A DNA stretch of 63,979 nt, the filler included, from Basidiobolus ranarum (Eukaryota), in the NCBI GenBank assembly GCA_040143965.1. It is 4 parts of 4 records of this genome, joined end to end, with 100 filler letters (N's around TTAATTAATTAA, not from the genome) between each part and the next. Parts side by side here need not be neighbours in the genome. Positions count along the whole stretch, not along the records: positions 49,961 to 63,979 come from JASJQH010007321.1; 3 more parts are not named here. The stretch is one strand, 5' to 3'. The translations under genes were made by a program, and so were the position numbers. How positions within the stretch are numbered: the first letter of the stretch is position 1; each line of letters opens with the position of its first letter. A model generated the notes under the pieces. The model saw only the letters and a list, made by a program, of their open reading frames with translations, was not told the DNA's origin and did not search any database. This document shows positions 49,961 to 62,904 of this stretch, one piece after another.

Positions 49961-50401
49961 AGGCCATATTTGTATTCATACCTGATGCACCAGTTGGGTT
50001 TCCAGTAGGGGCTGTAGTCTTTTGATCGCTCTGACTATTATCTCCTACACTTGCTGTTTGTTCTCCATTGATGCTACCAGTAGCAGTAGCACTATCAGGG
50101 ACTAAACCAGAGTTGTTTTTACATTGGGATTTGCATTCAATTGTACAATGTGTCTCACTTTTACCACACCTACAAATAATAATTAGAGAGCATTAGTGGC
50201 CAGAATAAAGTGCAAACTATTGCAGTATGCCAGAGATTGAACTCACCATCCCCAAACGGAGCAACAACTACCAGCGGGGCATTCGGTACCACTATCACAC
50301 TTCCACTGGGATCTATCTACATTCTGTCCCTGGGCGTTTGTGGCATGGATGAATTGCAGTGCAACGAAGAAACTGAGCAAAGCGATAGTCTTGAAGTTCA
50401 T
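49961..50401 (-). CDS. Secreted chitin-binding (CBM18/hevein) domain protein, 3' end lost in the spacer
   Basis: MNFKTIALLSFFVALQFIHATNA signal; spliced CDSGTECPAGSCCSVWGW|CGKSETHCTIECKSQC; then a Ser/Thr/Gly-rich linker. Confidence 0.88.
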
Positions 50402-51211
50402 TGGAGAGATGGAAAATATATTGGAGATTCTAGGGTTGATATATCTGGAGATAAAACGGTAAGCGAATACAGACAATTAGTTTTTATCTTTTGATGAGAG
50501 TGGAGACCGCCTTTTAAAGATTTCATTAAAAGAGGTAAGTTATCTCAGAGCAACTATTGCATCCCGTTTTTTGTTTACTTCACATGAACACGATTCTACT
50601 AGTTGTTTTTGCTTCGTGTTAACCAACAGTAAGTACCCCATGTTAGAATGTATTAGTAGCTGACTGTTGTTGATAGATATCTGGAAATGAGCTACTGATC
50701 GCCAGAGTGCTCTTTTACCATGCAGTCTTGTTCTCATTCATCATACAAGTGCATGCGACATACCATTTTTGGTTCGTTTGAACATTAGCACATGCGTCAT
50801 AGTGCCAAGCAGATTAGATCGGAAAATGTGAGGATGTGGAATAAATTAGAAATGAATTTCCCGTAAATACGAACGTGTGTCGATCCTCTGCGTATAACCT
50901 GTACTCCCCATGCATGATATGGATAAATCAATCTTTCATGAGAAATCGGTCATGATAAATTTTCCTTTCCCTTTCACTTGGTGCCATGTTCGATCATCAC
51001 AAAATCGATGACTGCACATTCATTTCACACAACTCATGTTTACTTCTGTTGAGTGTTCGACTGGCTCTATTCTGTTTCGGCCTATAGGCTGTATGGATAT
51101 ATGGTATCTAATTCATTTATATATTTACAAGAATAAAGGCTATTTCCCTTGCATAGATGAAGTGGGTATAGGAAGACCTGATCCTGAGCATCAGAGTTCA
51201 CTGAAATTGGT

Positions 51212-53468
51212 CTAGAGCTCATTAGGCTCTTCGTCCTCGCTCGTGAGCGCTTCGCCAGACTTGGCCACTGGTTGTGAGTAAGTATTGTTAAAGTCCAAGC
51301 GAAGTAGGAGTTGATCAAGATGTCGAGCAGGCCCTGAATTGGTACCACCTTGCCGATTCATATCCGATACTGTTCGGAAGAAGAATTCGCTTTGCTCGAT
51401 AAATTCCTAAGACGTAGAATGAAAAAGTATCAATAAAGCAACTCCAACAAGTCATTTCTTTACCAAATCCCACCTGTTCAATTCTTTCAACTGGGTGTTC
51501 ATTCTGATCGAAGTGAAGCATCTTGGCATCGGATGAAAGACCTTTCTCAAGTTGGTTACAAAACGCATCACATGTGATAAATATCTTCCTCAATGCCAAG
51601 CTAAGTGGACGATAAAACAAGAGACATGTCGCAAAAAGCTGATCTAAATGAAGAGAATGCGCAGAGCGAATATCTTCAAAATCATGGAGCGGCTTACTGC
51701 TCTCCCGATTGCCAATTGACGTTTCACCTGGTTTGTTTAATGCTGTAGCACGAATCAACTCCGAAAAATCGTTACAACATATTTCGATAGAATCAGTCTA
51801 CGTTACACAACTTATCAGCTTCAATGGTGGATCGATATAAATTGGAAGATCAATTACCTGAACATGGGACCACAGGGAATCAACAAAATGGAGCATCTTG
51901 GTTCGCAGCAACCACATTCTTTCATCGTGGGCCATCTCTCTAAGTTCGTATAGACGACTTTCATCGTATAAACGCCCTCTACTTTGCCAACGAAGGTCTT
52001 GACGGCGCACAGCATTTCCGGCCATCCATATTTTTTGTAAGCGATTATGGGTACGTCTCAATACGAGTAAGAAGCTCAAGAGCGCATTGTAGCGCTCAAT
52101 TTCGACCTCATCGAATATCAGATTCATGGGCCATACAATTGAATAGTGGAGTTCGATACGGGTTCCAAGCAGCAGAAGATCGTTGTACAAGTTGCCAGGA
52201 CTATGTGCGTCACTTAGCTCCTTTGAATTAGGATCGAATCCGAAGTTGTTAGCATTTGAAGTAACTCTAAAGGCGAGTTTTTCTAGTGCAGGATCATCTT
52301 CCACTGAGGTACCGACCGATGATTGAATCATCAGCGCGTTAAGCTCCTGCTCTTTCATGATTACCCGACGCACTTCATTTTGGCGCGACATACGTAGCGT
52401 CTCAAATGAATCCATTAGCTGTAAAAAGTAGTCACCACTCCCTAAAAGGAAGAATTTCCGGAACACATCTAAACAGGTCAATGTCTTTTCTCCAACTAGC
52501 ACTACTTTCCATAGCCATTCGGAGACATCTTTACGAATCTCCAGCACGGCCGATTCCAGCTCAACCCCACGATAGACCGATGTCTCACTCAGTTCCAAAA
52601 GTATCTTCAAGTGTTTCGACGTAAGAGACGATGGAAGTGAATGTACATTACTAATATTAGCCATTCTAATGGTATATACCGATTGCCCAACAAATAAAAT
52701 AGAACTAGCCACCTTGGTCGGAATAAAATCTGGTACTTGCCTAGTGTCAAGTGTGAATAATTGTTGGGAAGTGAGATTCTCATTCTCTAGTATGGAATAA
52801 CTAGTTTCAGTGACATCTGTAGATGTGGAGGCAAAGTTGACAAAAAACTCTCCATACGGGTCTTCCAATATACCATAGACTATCCAAGAAGTGATTTGTT
52901 GATAGAATACTTTTCTCACATGCTGCGTTAATGCTAGCATCGTTTCTCTAACTATACCAACTCCTGATTCGCACTTTGATGCTAGCAGAGATAGTAAGCG
53001 TCCCCCATGATATAGTTCAGGTTTTTGTTCAACCAGATTAACTAAATTTTCCAAGTGTGGAAGTATAAAGAAATATGGAGATAACCAAGAGGATACCAAG
53101 CTTAATGGAGTCTTTGAGGGGTGCAGTTTCAAGATACGCTCTTCAAGTTCTACAATGCTATCTTCATATCCTTTTAAAGATTGTCGTATACCTTGGCAGA
53201 ATCCTTGAAGGTAAACGCCTTGCGGCAGTTTTACCTTTGGAGAGCTCTTTAACCACTCTTTTCTTCTGTACTGCTCAGTAAAGGTACATATTCTTTTATA
53301 CCAACCGCCTAATTGGGCTAGTTGTTCTAAAGCACCTTTCTCAGAAGGGTGTAAGAAGTTGAAATCTTCCGGAATACGGAAAATAGGAGTGGCTGAGGAA
53401 TGTGTTGTTTGCAAAACAAATATGTCTCCTGGATGTCCAGACAACACTAAGAGTAGTTCATGTAACAT
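51212..53468 (-). CDS. TUBGCP4: Gamma-tubulin complex component 4 (GCP4/TUBGCP4), 3 exons
   Basis: MLHELLLVLSGHPGDIF, FLHPSE, WIVYGILEDPYGEFF, SILFVG, FFLLGSGD, HDFEDIRSAH; last exon HLDQLLLRLDFN, stop at 51212. Confidence 0.92.
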
Positions 53469-53908
53469 GATAGAGAATTGTTTTGCAACCAGGTATCAAC
53501 ACAAGAGTCTATGTAAAATGGCTACTGGTAAGAATTGGATGCATTAAGTAATAAAAGTCAAGGATAATTACAACGCCTCCCAGAACTCTCACTAATCTCC
53601 TTAATATTTTGAAATTAGGATAGATGATGAGATTTATATAATTAGATATAGTTGATCGAGTTAAATATTACTAGTTACAACTGCATTATCTGAGATCCAT
53701 ATTTAACTTACAAGTCAACGGTTGATCGGAATCAACTTCGTAAGTTAATCAATGGAATTCTCATTTTTGATCCTACAGGCAAGTATGTAACATTAGAAAG
53801 TACGTATGATGGGAAACTAACAATCAACTTGATTAGAGAAGAGCGCGGCAATAGCAGCAATAACGGTATCGATTGGAAAAAAACGAAACGTTTATTATGA
53901 GTGTTATT

Positions 53909-55588
53909 CTACAAGAGGATTTCATTATGACAGTCAATTGCCAAGTCCTTGTGAGGGAGAACGATACAATTACGAATGATTACTTCATCATCGACGTTCA
54001 CCTCCTTGCCAAGAATTGTGATCGATTGAATTTTGACTCCGTTTTGAGTAACGGTGGCGTTGTAATTATCCATAGGAGTGCCTTCCACTCGGGCCCAACT
54101 ACCTATCCTGGAACTCCAGCCGATGATACTCCAAAGAACACAGCTATGATCCTGTAAGAGAAATCCAATGAGAAAAAGGTTAGTGAAATTCCGTAGAAAT
54201 ATCTCTTCCACTGGCGCATAAAATCACTGACTTGAACTTCAACATTATCAAGGATAATGGAGTCTCTAATTCTAACACCCTTGCCTATGACTGCTCGAGG
54301 ACCGATCGAAACATTGGGACCAATCTATCAAACTGTGTTAGAAGTTCCCGTTGAAAAGTCACCCTTGGGGGCAGTAATGTTACAATACATACTCTGGCAT
54401 CAGGATGAACGTTAGCTGAAGGATGAATATAGACAGCTCCAACAATCTCTGGTCCATTTTCCCGACTGTGTGCAAGTTTCTCTGGTGCATTCTGGAACAT
54501 ATCTTGAAGATAAAGGCTGCTAGCAGGTAGAGCAGAGCTATCAAGATTAAAATGGAACATCAATCAAGAAAAGCTCAAGGAAGGGTATTTTGGTTGACTA
54601 AATGAAGAGTATCTTACACTGCAGTTTTGATCTGGTTGAAGAAACTTTGGGAGCTGTACACAAACATTTTCTTCTGTGCAGTTAGTCTAGTGAATATGTC
54701 TTGTTCCAATTGAAGGCGTTCTGTGCTTTCTTCAACAAAGTCGGTTTCAGCATCGATAACACTTTAGAAATGAAGTGAAGGATAAAAATGAACAATTTGA
54801 CACATATATACGCTTAATCCATAAACAGGTAAAATAGGATACTCTTCATCTTTCTTCTCGACTGCCTGCTTGATTTCCGTAAAAATCGATCGTTGGAACA
54901 GATATATACCACAACTGATAAGGTCACTAACGAATGATTTGGGTTTTTCAACATAATGAAGAACTTCATTAGTTTCTGGCTCGGCCACAATACAGCCAAA
55001 ACGACCGGCAGCAGCTTTGTCAACCTGAAAGAGGATATAACTTAATACAGTGCCCGATTGAAAAGTTCTTATGGCTATTACTAAAATACCTTGGTACCCA
55101 AAATAGTGCACATAGCATTCTTCTCTTGATGAAGGGCCATCATTTGGCTCAATGGGAATGAGCAGCATACATCAGCATTGAGAACGAAAAAGTTACTTGG
55201 GGCTCCAAGTAAGATCTTGTCTCTGAAGTGATAGATACCACCTGCAGTACCAAGAGCTTGATACTCGCGTAAATAACTGTATTATCAACAAGAACAATAA
55301 TTATGTTATGTATCGAAAGAGCATAGAGCCATGACAAACTTACGTGATTTTTAGGTGAGGAAACTCGAAGTTGATACGATCAATGAAACTAGTAAACACA
55401 GAATCTTCGTAAAAACCAATCAACAAAATCTCGGTTAGATTTTGAACTTTAGAAAGCGCGGCAACATGATGATATAGGATGGGTTGGCCTGCGACTGGGA
55501 AAAGTGGCTTGGGGACATTAAGGGAAAGCGGACGAAAACGAGTACCGCGAGAAGGGCCACCGACAAGGATAACTGCTTTGCAAGCCAT
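53909..55588 (-). CDS. GMPPA: Mannose-1-phosphate guanyltransferase alpha (GMPPA-type), multi-exon
   Basis: [54 protein letters not shown], and a hexapeptide C-terminus ending [15 protein letters not shown]. Confidence 0.93.
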
Positions 55589-56886
55589 AGTAAGAAGTGG
55601 TAGGTGCTACGTATTAAGAATAACGATCGAATGTAGGAGCTTATATTCTTGTTGTATTATTGATTCCAGTCCTAGTCTTGGAGAATCACATCAACTGCCA
55701 CGAAAGTAAATAAAGTTACATGCATCCACTTATTGGTTCATTCTTAATTCAAAAATCACCAAAACTGCATCATAAACCTATTTTGATCAGTCATCCCATT
55801 ATCTAGTTCGGGTATTGAATGTGGATATTATTTGAATCAAGCAATCCAGTATCATGCTAGTTCGAATCACAATTTGGAAGAGGACAAGTGTACCGAAGAT
55901 GGCCAATCACCAGCTACGAGGTCTTAGCTCACCCTGTAGTGCTACATAAAAGTCAGTAGCTGGTAGCAAATGAGTGGCTAAGCCAATAGGAACCGGCCCT
56001 TATTCATTTCATATTGCTAGATGCCCGGTAACACAGACAAGGTTAATTTCTTGGATCTTAATTACGATTTCCCAATATCTCCGCCATATCTGACCAGCAC
56101 CAACCAGCACTGCAACAAGACAAGTCGGTCCAACATATGATTAATGAGCGACTAATTACACCGTGTTGTACCCAGCCTGACAGAGGATCACAAGTAGCCG
56201 AGAAATCATTGTTATTGCTAGGTACTACTGAGTATTACCATTATCACTTTCTGGATCTCCTAATCGTGAAGCAGGGGCCTGATTCATGCAGTGGAAGCTC
56301 TGCCTGGCATGCTGATCCTTTGAAGGATATCGTCATGACTGCTGCGTGAAATCGACATGCGATGATCTACATCAAATCTGCTACCTCAAATACAAAAACA
56401 CCCGTCTGCTATCTCTAGCTAAGACCAGAGAGCATTTTTAATGGTGCCTGCTTAATTATCTTGCATCTACGGAGCTCACAGGCTACCTGTTGCTATTGAG
56501 TGCACTGAAGATTTCATTGAGCTAATACACACGTACGGCAAAGCGATCCAGACCAACTTATTTGTCGGGGTTAAGCAATTGACTGAATCTGCAACTCGGA
56601 CGTGTGTTAAGTAGCTATTTGTTTATTGAAAGGGACTACTCCTCAAGTAAGGAGAACTGATGGAAATTGAGTTAATCAGGCATTTATAGCGCGATGCTCA
56701 TTTAATTGTAACATATACACATGCATTGTCGCTCTTAAAGGGGTGGGGTGGGGGAGATTGTCAAGATGTTTATAAGCACCAACATGCCACCTTCACAAAG
56801 AAAACAGGTCTATCACCGTATTCTTTGAGTGCATATTTAGAGGAATAACAGGATTAACTACGGCCCTGTTACTCAATTTATCTGAC

Positions 56887-57990
56887 ATGAGTGGCTCCAT
56901 CTTCATTACCCTATTTTCGTTAATATACCTCACCTTAGCCCAGGATAATTTTCAATATTGTAAAGGTGAATTTGCAATAACAGGTGCCAATTGTCAGGCG
57001 TTCAATTTCCCAAGGTTCCAACTATTCTCAGGGAGACACTTACTTACTACCATATGCTCCAGAAATACAACCAACGATTCAATATATGCCAAGTACACGA
57101 GTAGTATGCCTCCTACAGCAAAGAGGATAGCTCAAGTCATTACAAACAGTTTTGAACACTCGACTACTACGATCGAGTATGATCACTGTCGTGACATCGG
57201 CGACGGTCGCGGTTACACCTGTGGAAGCATAGGATTTACTACTGGAACCGGAGATGCTTTGATACTCGTAGAAGACTATGAAAAGAGCAAAGGTACCAAA
57301 ACAAGTTTCGCTCCGTTTAATACCGAGTTGGGCAGATTAAGTAATCGAACTGATTGTGGTGGCTCAAATAGCGACATCACTGGGCTTATTGGTTTCGACC
57401 AAGCCTGGAAGCGTGAGTCTTGTGATGAGAAATTTCGTCGTGCTCAAGACAAACTGGCAGACACCATGTACTTTCTACCTGCGATGGGTCTGGCCACTGA
57501 AGTGGGGGTAAAATCGAATCTAGGAAAGGCCATATTTTATGATACAGCTATCCAGCATGGCTGGGAGGCGGATAATGGGATGAGTCTTAAAAGTATAATT
57601 AAAATGGTTGGCGCGTACAAGGAAGAGGCAGAATATCTGAATAGATTTCTTAAAACTCGCTGGAAATTGCTTTGTTGCTTCCCGGACCAAGTGTGGCCTG
57701 CTTCTTCAGATCGGGTGCACGAATTGTTTGGACTATTGGAAGCGAAGAATTTCGACTTGAACCTACCCATACGATTATCCTCATATCAAATCACTATTAG
57801 TGGCAGTGAATACATGGAGAAAACATGCGAGGGAAAGCCACTTACGCCAATATGTAATAATTCAAAGTGTGATCCTAATGAACAAGAAAAAGAAAGTGGT
57901 ATTAAGGCCATTAGCTCTGCTGGAAAAAGCCCCTTCCATCCGTTTATAATAATCCCAATAATTGCATTCGGGTTAAAATTTAGACACTAA
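56887..57990 (+). CDS. GH46 chitosanase, secreted, possible GPI/membrane anchor, intronless
   Basis: Motifs ITNSFEHSTTTIEYDHCRDIGDGRGYTCGSIGFTTGTGD and FYDTAIQHG; N-terminal signal peptide and hydrophobic C-terminus. Confidence 0.92.
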   Translation: MSGSIFITLFSLIYLTLAQDNFQYCKGEFAITGANCQAFNFPRFQLFSGRHLLTTICSRNTTNDSIYAKYTSSMPPTAKRIAQVITNSFEHSTTTIEYDHCRDIGDGRGYTCGSIGFTTGTGDALILVEDYEKSKGTKTSFAPFNTELGRLSNRTDCGGSNSDITGLIGFDQAWKRESCDEKFRRAQDKLADTMYFLPAMGLATEVGVKSNLGKAIFYDTAIQHGWEADNGMSLKSIIKMVGAYKEEAEYLNRFLKTRWKLLCCFPDQVWPASSDRVHELFGLLEAKNFDLNLPIRLSSYQITISGSEYMEKTCEGKPLTPICNNSKCDPNEQEKESGIKAISSAGKSPFHPFIIIPIIAFGLKFRH

Positions 57991-58591
57991 TTTCTTCTGT
58001 AAAAAGATATTATCTCCCCTAAGATTTCTTCATTAATGCGCGAATAAAGATATTTTGGTACTTCGAAAAATGTTTAAGCTTCACCAATGGCTGAATATGA
58101 CATAAAGTGTTTACTGCACAGAAGTGGAGTTGGGTGGCATTATCAATCCGAATCTATATATCTACTGCACATGTTGACCATTTACTCGGTAAAAAACAGT
58201 CAGACTCCAGCAAACATTATTTTATCGACTCTGGAATATCATTTGCAAGTAAAGGAAACACAATTTAAAATAACAACGAAGTCTTATTCGAACATCAACC
58301 GCAGTTTATTAAAATACTCATTATACACACTGGATCCAGGAAACCATGAAATTTAAGATAAAAGGATGCGCACATTTGAAGAGTAATCCGCCTCAAACAT
58401 CAATAATAGTATGTGATGGGTTGGTCATGTATAAAACATAGCTCTCATGATAAAAGAACTTTTTCAAAAGGTATATCTATTATGAATTCTGTTACATGGA
58501 AGTATCTAAGGAGGGGGTGCTACAAGAACTAGCTACCTCAGTTGAGTGAGCTCTTTTTTCGATACTCAAATCCGAAACTTGGGCGAAGAGG

Positions 58592-60261
58592 TTACGTAGG
58601 ACTAGGCAATTCTTCCAGTTTCCCTACTGACAGCATACTTCTTCGATCTACCCTTTGCGCCTCGTGTACTAGCACTATGGTCGGGGCAGTACGCACTTGT
58701 TTTACTCCTTTTCCTTCTGACTCTAATTCCCTTCTTAATAGTTCATCTGTGTATGTATTCCGCCTTCCTAATTCATTGATGTCATCCTCATTCCAGCTAG
58801 GCTTCCTCAACAATCTTCTATATGTATCAGCAATCAATTGAGCATCCTTTACTGTCAAGCAAAGTGACATTGGCTTGGATCGTTCGTCTGTAGGGGATAG
58901 CTGACTGTCTGATACTAAGCTGCTAGGTAGATCTGCTAATATACATGGGCTTCGCTGGCTATTTAGGTCAAGCGTGGTATGCCTACTTTCTATCTCCTTT
59001 ACAGGAAGGAAAGCATCGGTGCTGGCGTAACCTGATACAGAATAACGGGAAAACCCACCTATACTTCGTCGCTGAGTGTCAATTGCCATAGGGTATTTAC
59101 CATTCTTTTGATTTAATGCTCTAGCCCGATGAATAAGATTGGCTCTGCTGTAGCGACGTACAAGACAACAGATCAGAGTATTAGCAAATATATTTGAGTT
59201 AAGGTTTGAAATTTGAAACTTGTAGTAAACAGATAGAGGATATATATGATTAAAGGATATCCAATAAGAAGTATCAAACCAGCTAATACGCCTACAATGA
59301 TCCATATAACCGTAGTCAGAGCCAAATCCGAAAATACATTCTGATCTGTGCGCGCGTTAATGGTAGCGTTCGTGTCTATGAACTCGTCATTTGATGTTTT
59401 TTGGGGGCCGTTAGTGGGGTATGTTGATGATGATGTTGTCGTTATTGCTGATGCCATTGCTGTTGCTGATGATGTTACTGTGGTTGAGCTAGAATTAATC
59501 TTGCCGGGGCTTACTAGCAAAGAGTGATTTGATATTGGTATTGCAAAGTGTAAAGTGTTTGAAGGAGTTGGATTTACTTCTTCAGGTGGTGGTGGATCTA
59601 AGTTGTGGTAGAGAAATCGAAACTGGATTATTCACAGTTTAATTGCCCCAATAAGGCAAGAAGTTGAACTCACCTTCTATGTTAAAGATTGGTCCCTTCT
59701 GTCTACCTTCTAATGCATCATCTTTTACAGTTACTAGAAAGCGATAGTTTCTGACTACTGTTGTATTTTTTGGACGTTTGAAGTACTCTGGAAAAATCCC
59801 GCTAGCATGATCTAACTTTACAGACCATAGGCCTTCGTCATTTGTGATGTCTAGCCATTCCTTTACTGGCTTTCGAGGATTTGTCATTTCATACAAACGA
59901 ATATCAACATGCCCTTGAACCTTGAATGTAGGATAGTTAGAATTCCATCGTAATAGACCCACACTACCCATAGTCCATGTGGTGTTGAATTTAGGTAAGC
60001 AATATATGTCGGGGCCACATTGTTCGGTTAAGGAGGTCACTATATTTATATTAGCATTAGTTGATACTCGCTAGTAGAAATGATAAAGTCAACTTGGATA
60101 AATTAAAGAGCAGCATGGCGAACGTGTTAGAATTTACTCTTACCATCCCTTTTGAGATTGGTACCATCGATCCCTAAGTTTGATGAGGCTTCTACAATGA
60201 TCGCACTCACACAGAAAATGAAGCATTTGACTCCTGCTTCCGCGACACTGGGCAGTCGCAT
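58592..60261 (-). CDS. Uncharacterised single-pass membrane protein (signal peptide, luminal domain, Ser/Thr-rich stalk, TM, cytoplasmic tail), multi-exon
   Basis: Probable ATG at 60261. Exons: CGPDIYCLPKFNTTW...GPIFNIE, a T/S-rich stretch, TM VIWIIVGVLAGLILLIGYPLIIYILY, and a tail RKPSW...ELLRRELESEG. Confidence 0.75.
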
Positions 60262-62904
60262 AGTCTATTGATAAAGAAAAGAAGTCAAATGGATTATAGG
60301 TGTAACTATTTGCAATTCACGGTTAATGATAGGATAGAATGGATTGGTGGAGATAAGAAAGTTGTAGAACAACGTCTTCAATTTATAAGAGTGAAGTAAT
60401 ATGAGGTGAACGGTGCTAGCAATTACAATGTTATGGAAAACTATGATTTGAATAGAAGTGACTGAATGATAGGCCAATAGATAATGTAATAAGTTTGAAA
60501 TTTCTATAAAAAATTAAAGGCCGCTTTAATTTGCCAGGTTATGAATGGTCGCAAGATAGAGGGTGTGTCGAGGTTGAGATCAAACAGAGAAAGCCAGAAT
60601 GTGGGAGCTTGAGGAATAATAAATGTTCTCAAAAGAGAGTAAACCGAGCGCATTCAGCTACCTGGACAAATACCCCGCTTTGATTGGGTCGGGAATTGGA
60701 CAAATTACACGCATGCTATATTGATTACTGAACTTGAAAGATGCATATATCAATTCTTTAACTCTCCTCCCTTTCTCCCTACTTCACTGATTGTTTAAAA
60801 TTTGAATTGTCCTTAATGATCCGCAATTTCCATCTGTTGACATTCAAGAATAATGCAGTCACAATTCTATTGGATCTTCGTTATTGTTAGAAATCTCCGA
60901 TTGACCTATTATGGATAATTTGAAATTCAGTCGTAATTAGCCTAATCAGATACATGCTCAGAGGTAGCTAGGCTGGGAAATTGATTTGTTCTTGTTGCGG
61001 AAGTATTACTATAATTCCGAGACGGCGACTTGATGGTGGTTGTAAAGATCCTTCAGAGAAAGCGTCGTTGCGAAGCACTACTGACATTATCTAAACACAA
61101 GCACAATCGATCAGATGGTCCATTCACATCTGTTGATCAAGTTTAGAGATATATACTAGCGTTGCCCAATATTCTCAATTTGACCATTCAGCTCGCTGAT
61201 CCGTTATATTTGCTTTGCGTCCGCATCTATTGTACATCAGCTAATAATGTCCTGAAGAGGAGGAATGCCCACTGGAGTTGCATGTGATGCTTATTACTAG
61301 GCTGTTTTTCTAGTACTAGAGACAACGAGCGTACTTCGCGCTTATTACTTACGATCATGAATTTGGAGAGAATAGTGATGTGCTATGGCTTTGGTACTCA
61401 AAGAGGAGCTGAGGTTGCAACAGAATCCTTAGCCCACAGTTAGGGCCTAGGCAGGGGAAGCGATCTCCCTAGTGATTTTTCGTAATCCTCTGAGCCTTCA
61501 GATCGAGTTACTATATAGATTTACAGAACTGACGTTCAAGAGGATGCAGTGGCAGAAGGTCAAAGTAAAGTACATCCCGCGCTTGCATACGGCTAGTTTC
61601 TAGTCAATCCTGAACAAAATGCAACCAATTTTAATAAGAGCCAGGGGTGGTGTGTAGTTGATCCATGCATGGAAAACTATCTTGAACAAACCATTACTCC
61701 AATGGACGTGTGTCATAACTAATTTTAAACTGTCAGACTACTATGCCTTTAGTTTCAATATACACGCAGTCACTAGTGTAATAAGATCGCTACGTGCCAA
61801 CCTCAGAGACTTGGACATACTGTTTGATCTCAGTGATCTCAACCGAGGCAGTATAAACATAGCCATGGTACACACAACTACGAATGCCCTGATACAGATA
61901 AAAGTACATGTCTAAATAAGAATGGGGAAGACTCACTACCAATGGATTTCTCCTTAATACATTGAATGGCTAGAAACCAAGCTTCAACGATGCCTACACC
62001 AAACTAGAGTAGACCACTGCGACTGAAAGGGCGTTTGGGGAAGGTGTATCTACTTCAAGATTCCAATGCTATTGACAGGGACATGAGTGATCGCTTTTTC
62101 TACAAATGATAGATCAATGCCGCACCAAAACATGATTTCTACCAGCAGTGTCATGCTTGTATAGAATTACATGCAGTCAATATTAACATTCCTTCTTCCG
62201 TCATATGCATAGGACTTCAGCTAGAGATAAAGTAAGTGCTGGCAAGGACGACGAGTATTTCAAATGTATCCCTCGATGGAAGAGAAGGATCATCTCGCAT
62301 ACATCTAGAAACCTTCACCTCCTCATTACTTGAAAACACCTCTTGCCAGCATAACAAATACCCGTACTCCTTTAAGGATACATATCAATATGATGGCTAT
62401 TTGTAGTTAAACTCTTATCGTTAACACTGCCTATATATGGTGCTTCAATAGTCTATAATAAATCATGTATTCACAGTAGTGCTGCAGAAATTCCAACAAA
62501 TGAAATTCCTTTCGGGTGGATATTTTACATTAAGGTCCCCGACCAATTATCCTCCTAGCTTGGTCGAGTGCCGTTAATTTGATGTCATATTAATGTCATG
62601 ATAATGCTGAACTAGGTAGTAAGCATGGTGTATTTAAATTCTGCTTAAATATTTAAGTGTATATAGTTTAACCATTAAATATATTTATCGATCGTAAATA
62701 GCATTTGACTTCAACCACTTTTAACGAAACCTGTCGAAGTCGCGAGCTAGCTTATCTCTTTACTTTTGTTTGCTGAACGACAGCATTGTCCATCGAAATT
62801 CTCTGTATACTTATCACACGAAGATAAAGACGTAACGTACAAAAACTAAGCGCGATATTATCCTTTACATCTGGAAGTCATTATTTTCAGAATTCATTTG
62901 AAAC

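Noticed and set aside
49961-57990. Chitin-related gene cluster (CBM18 plus GH46)
   Set aside because: The two genes are separated by unrelated housekeeping genes (GCP4, GMPPA), so there is no evidence of functional clustering.
60300-62900. Possible decayed genes in long intergenic stretches (also 37700-41000 and 42000-45000)
   Set aside because: Only short interrupted frames without recognisable motifs; a homology search is needed.
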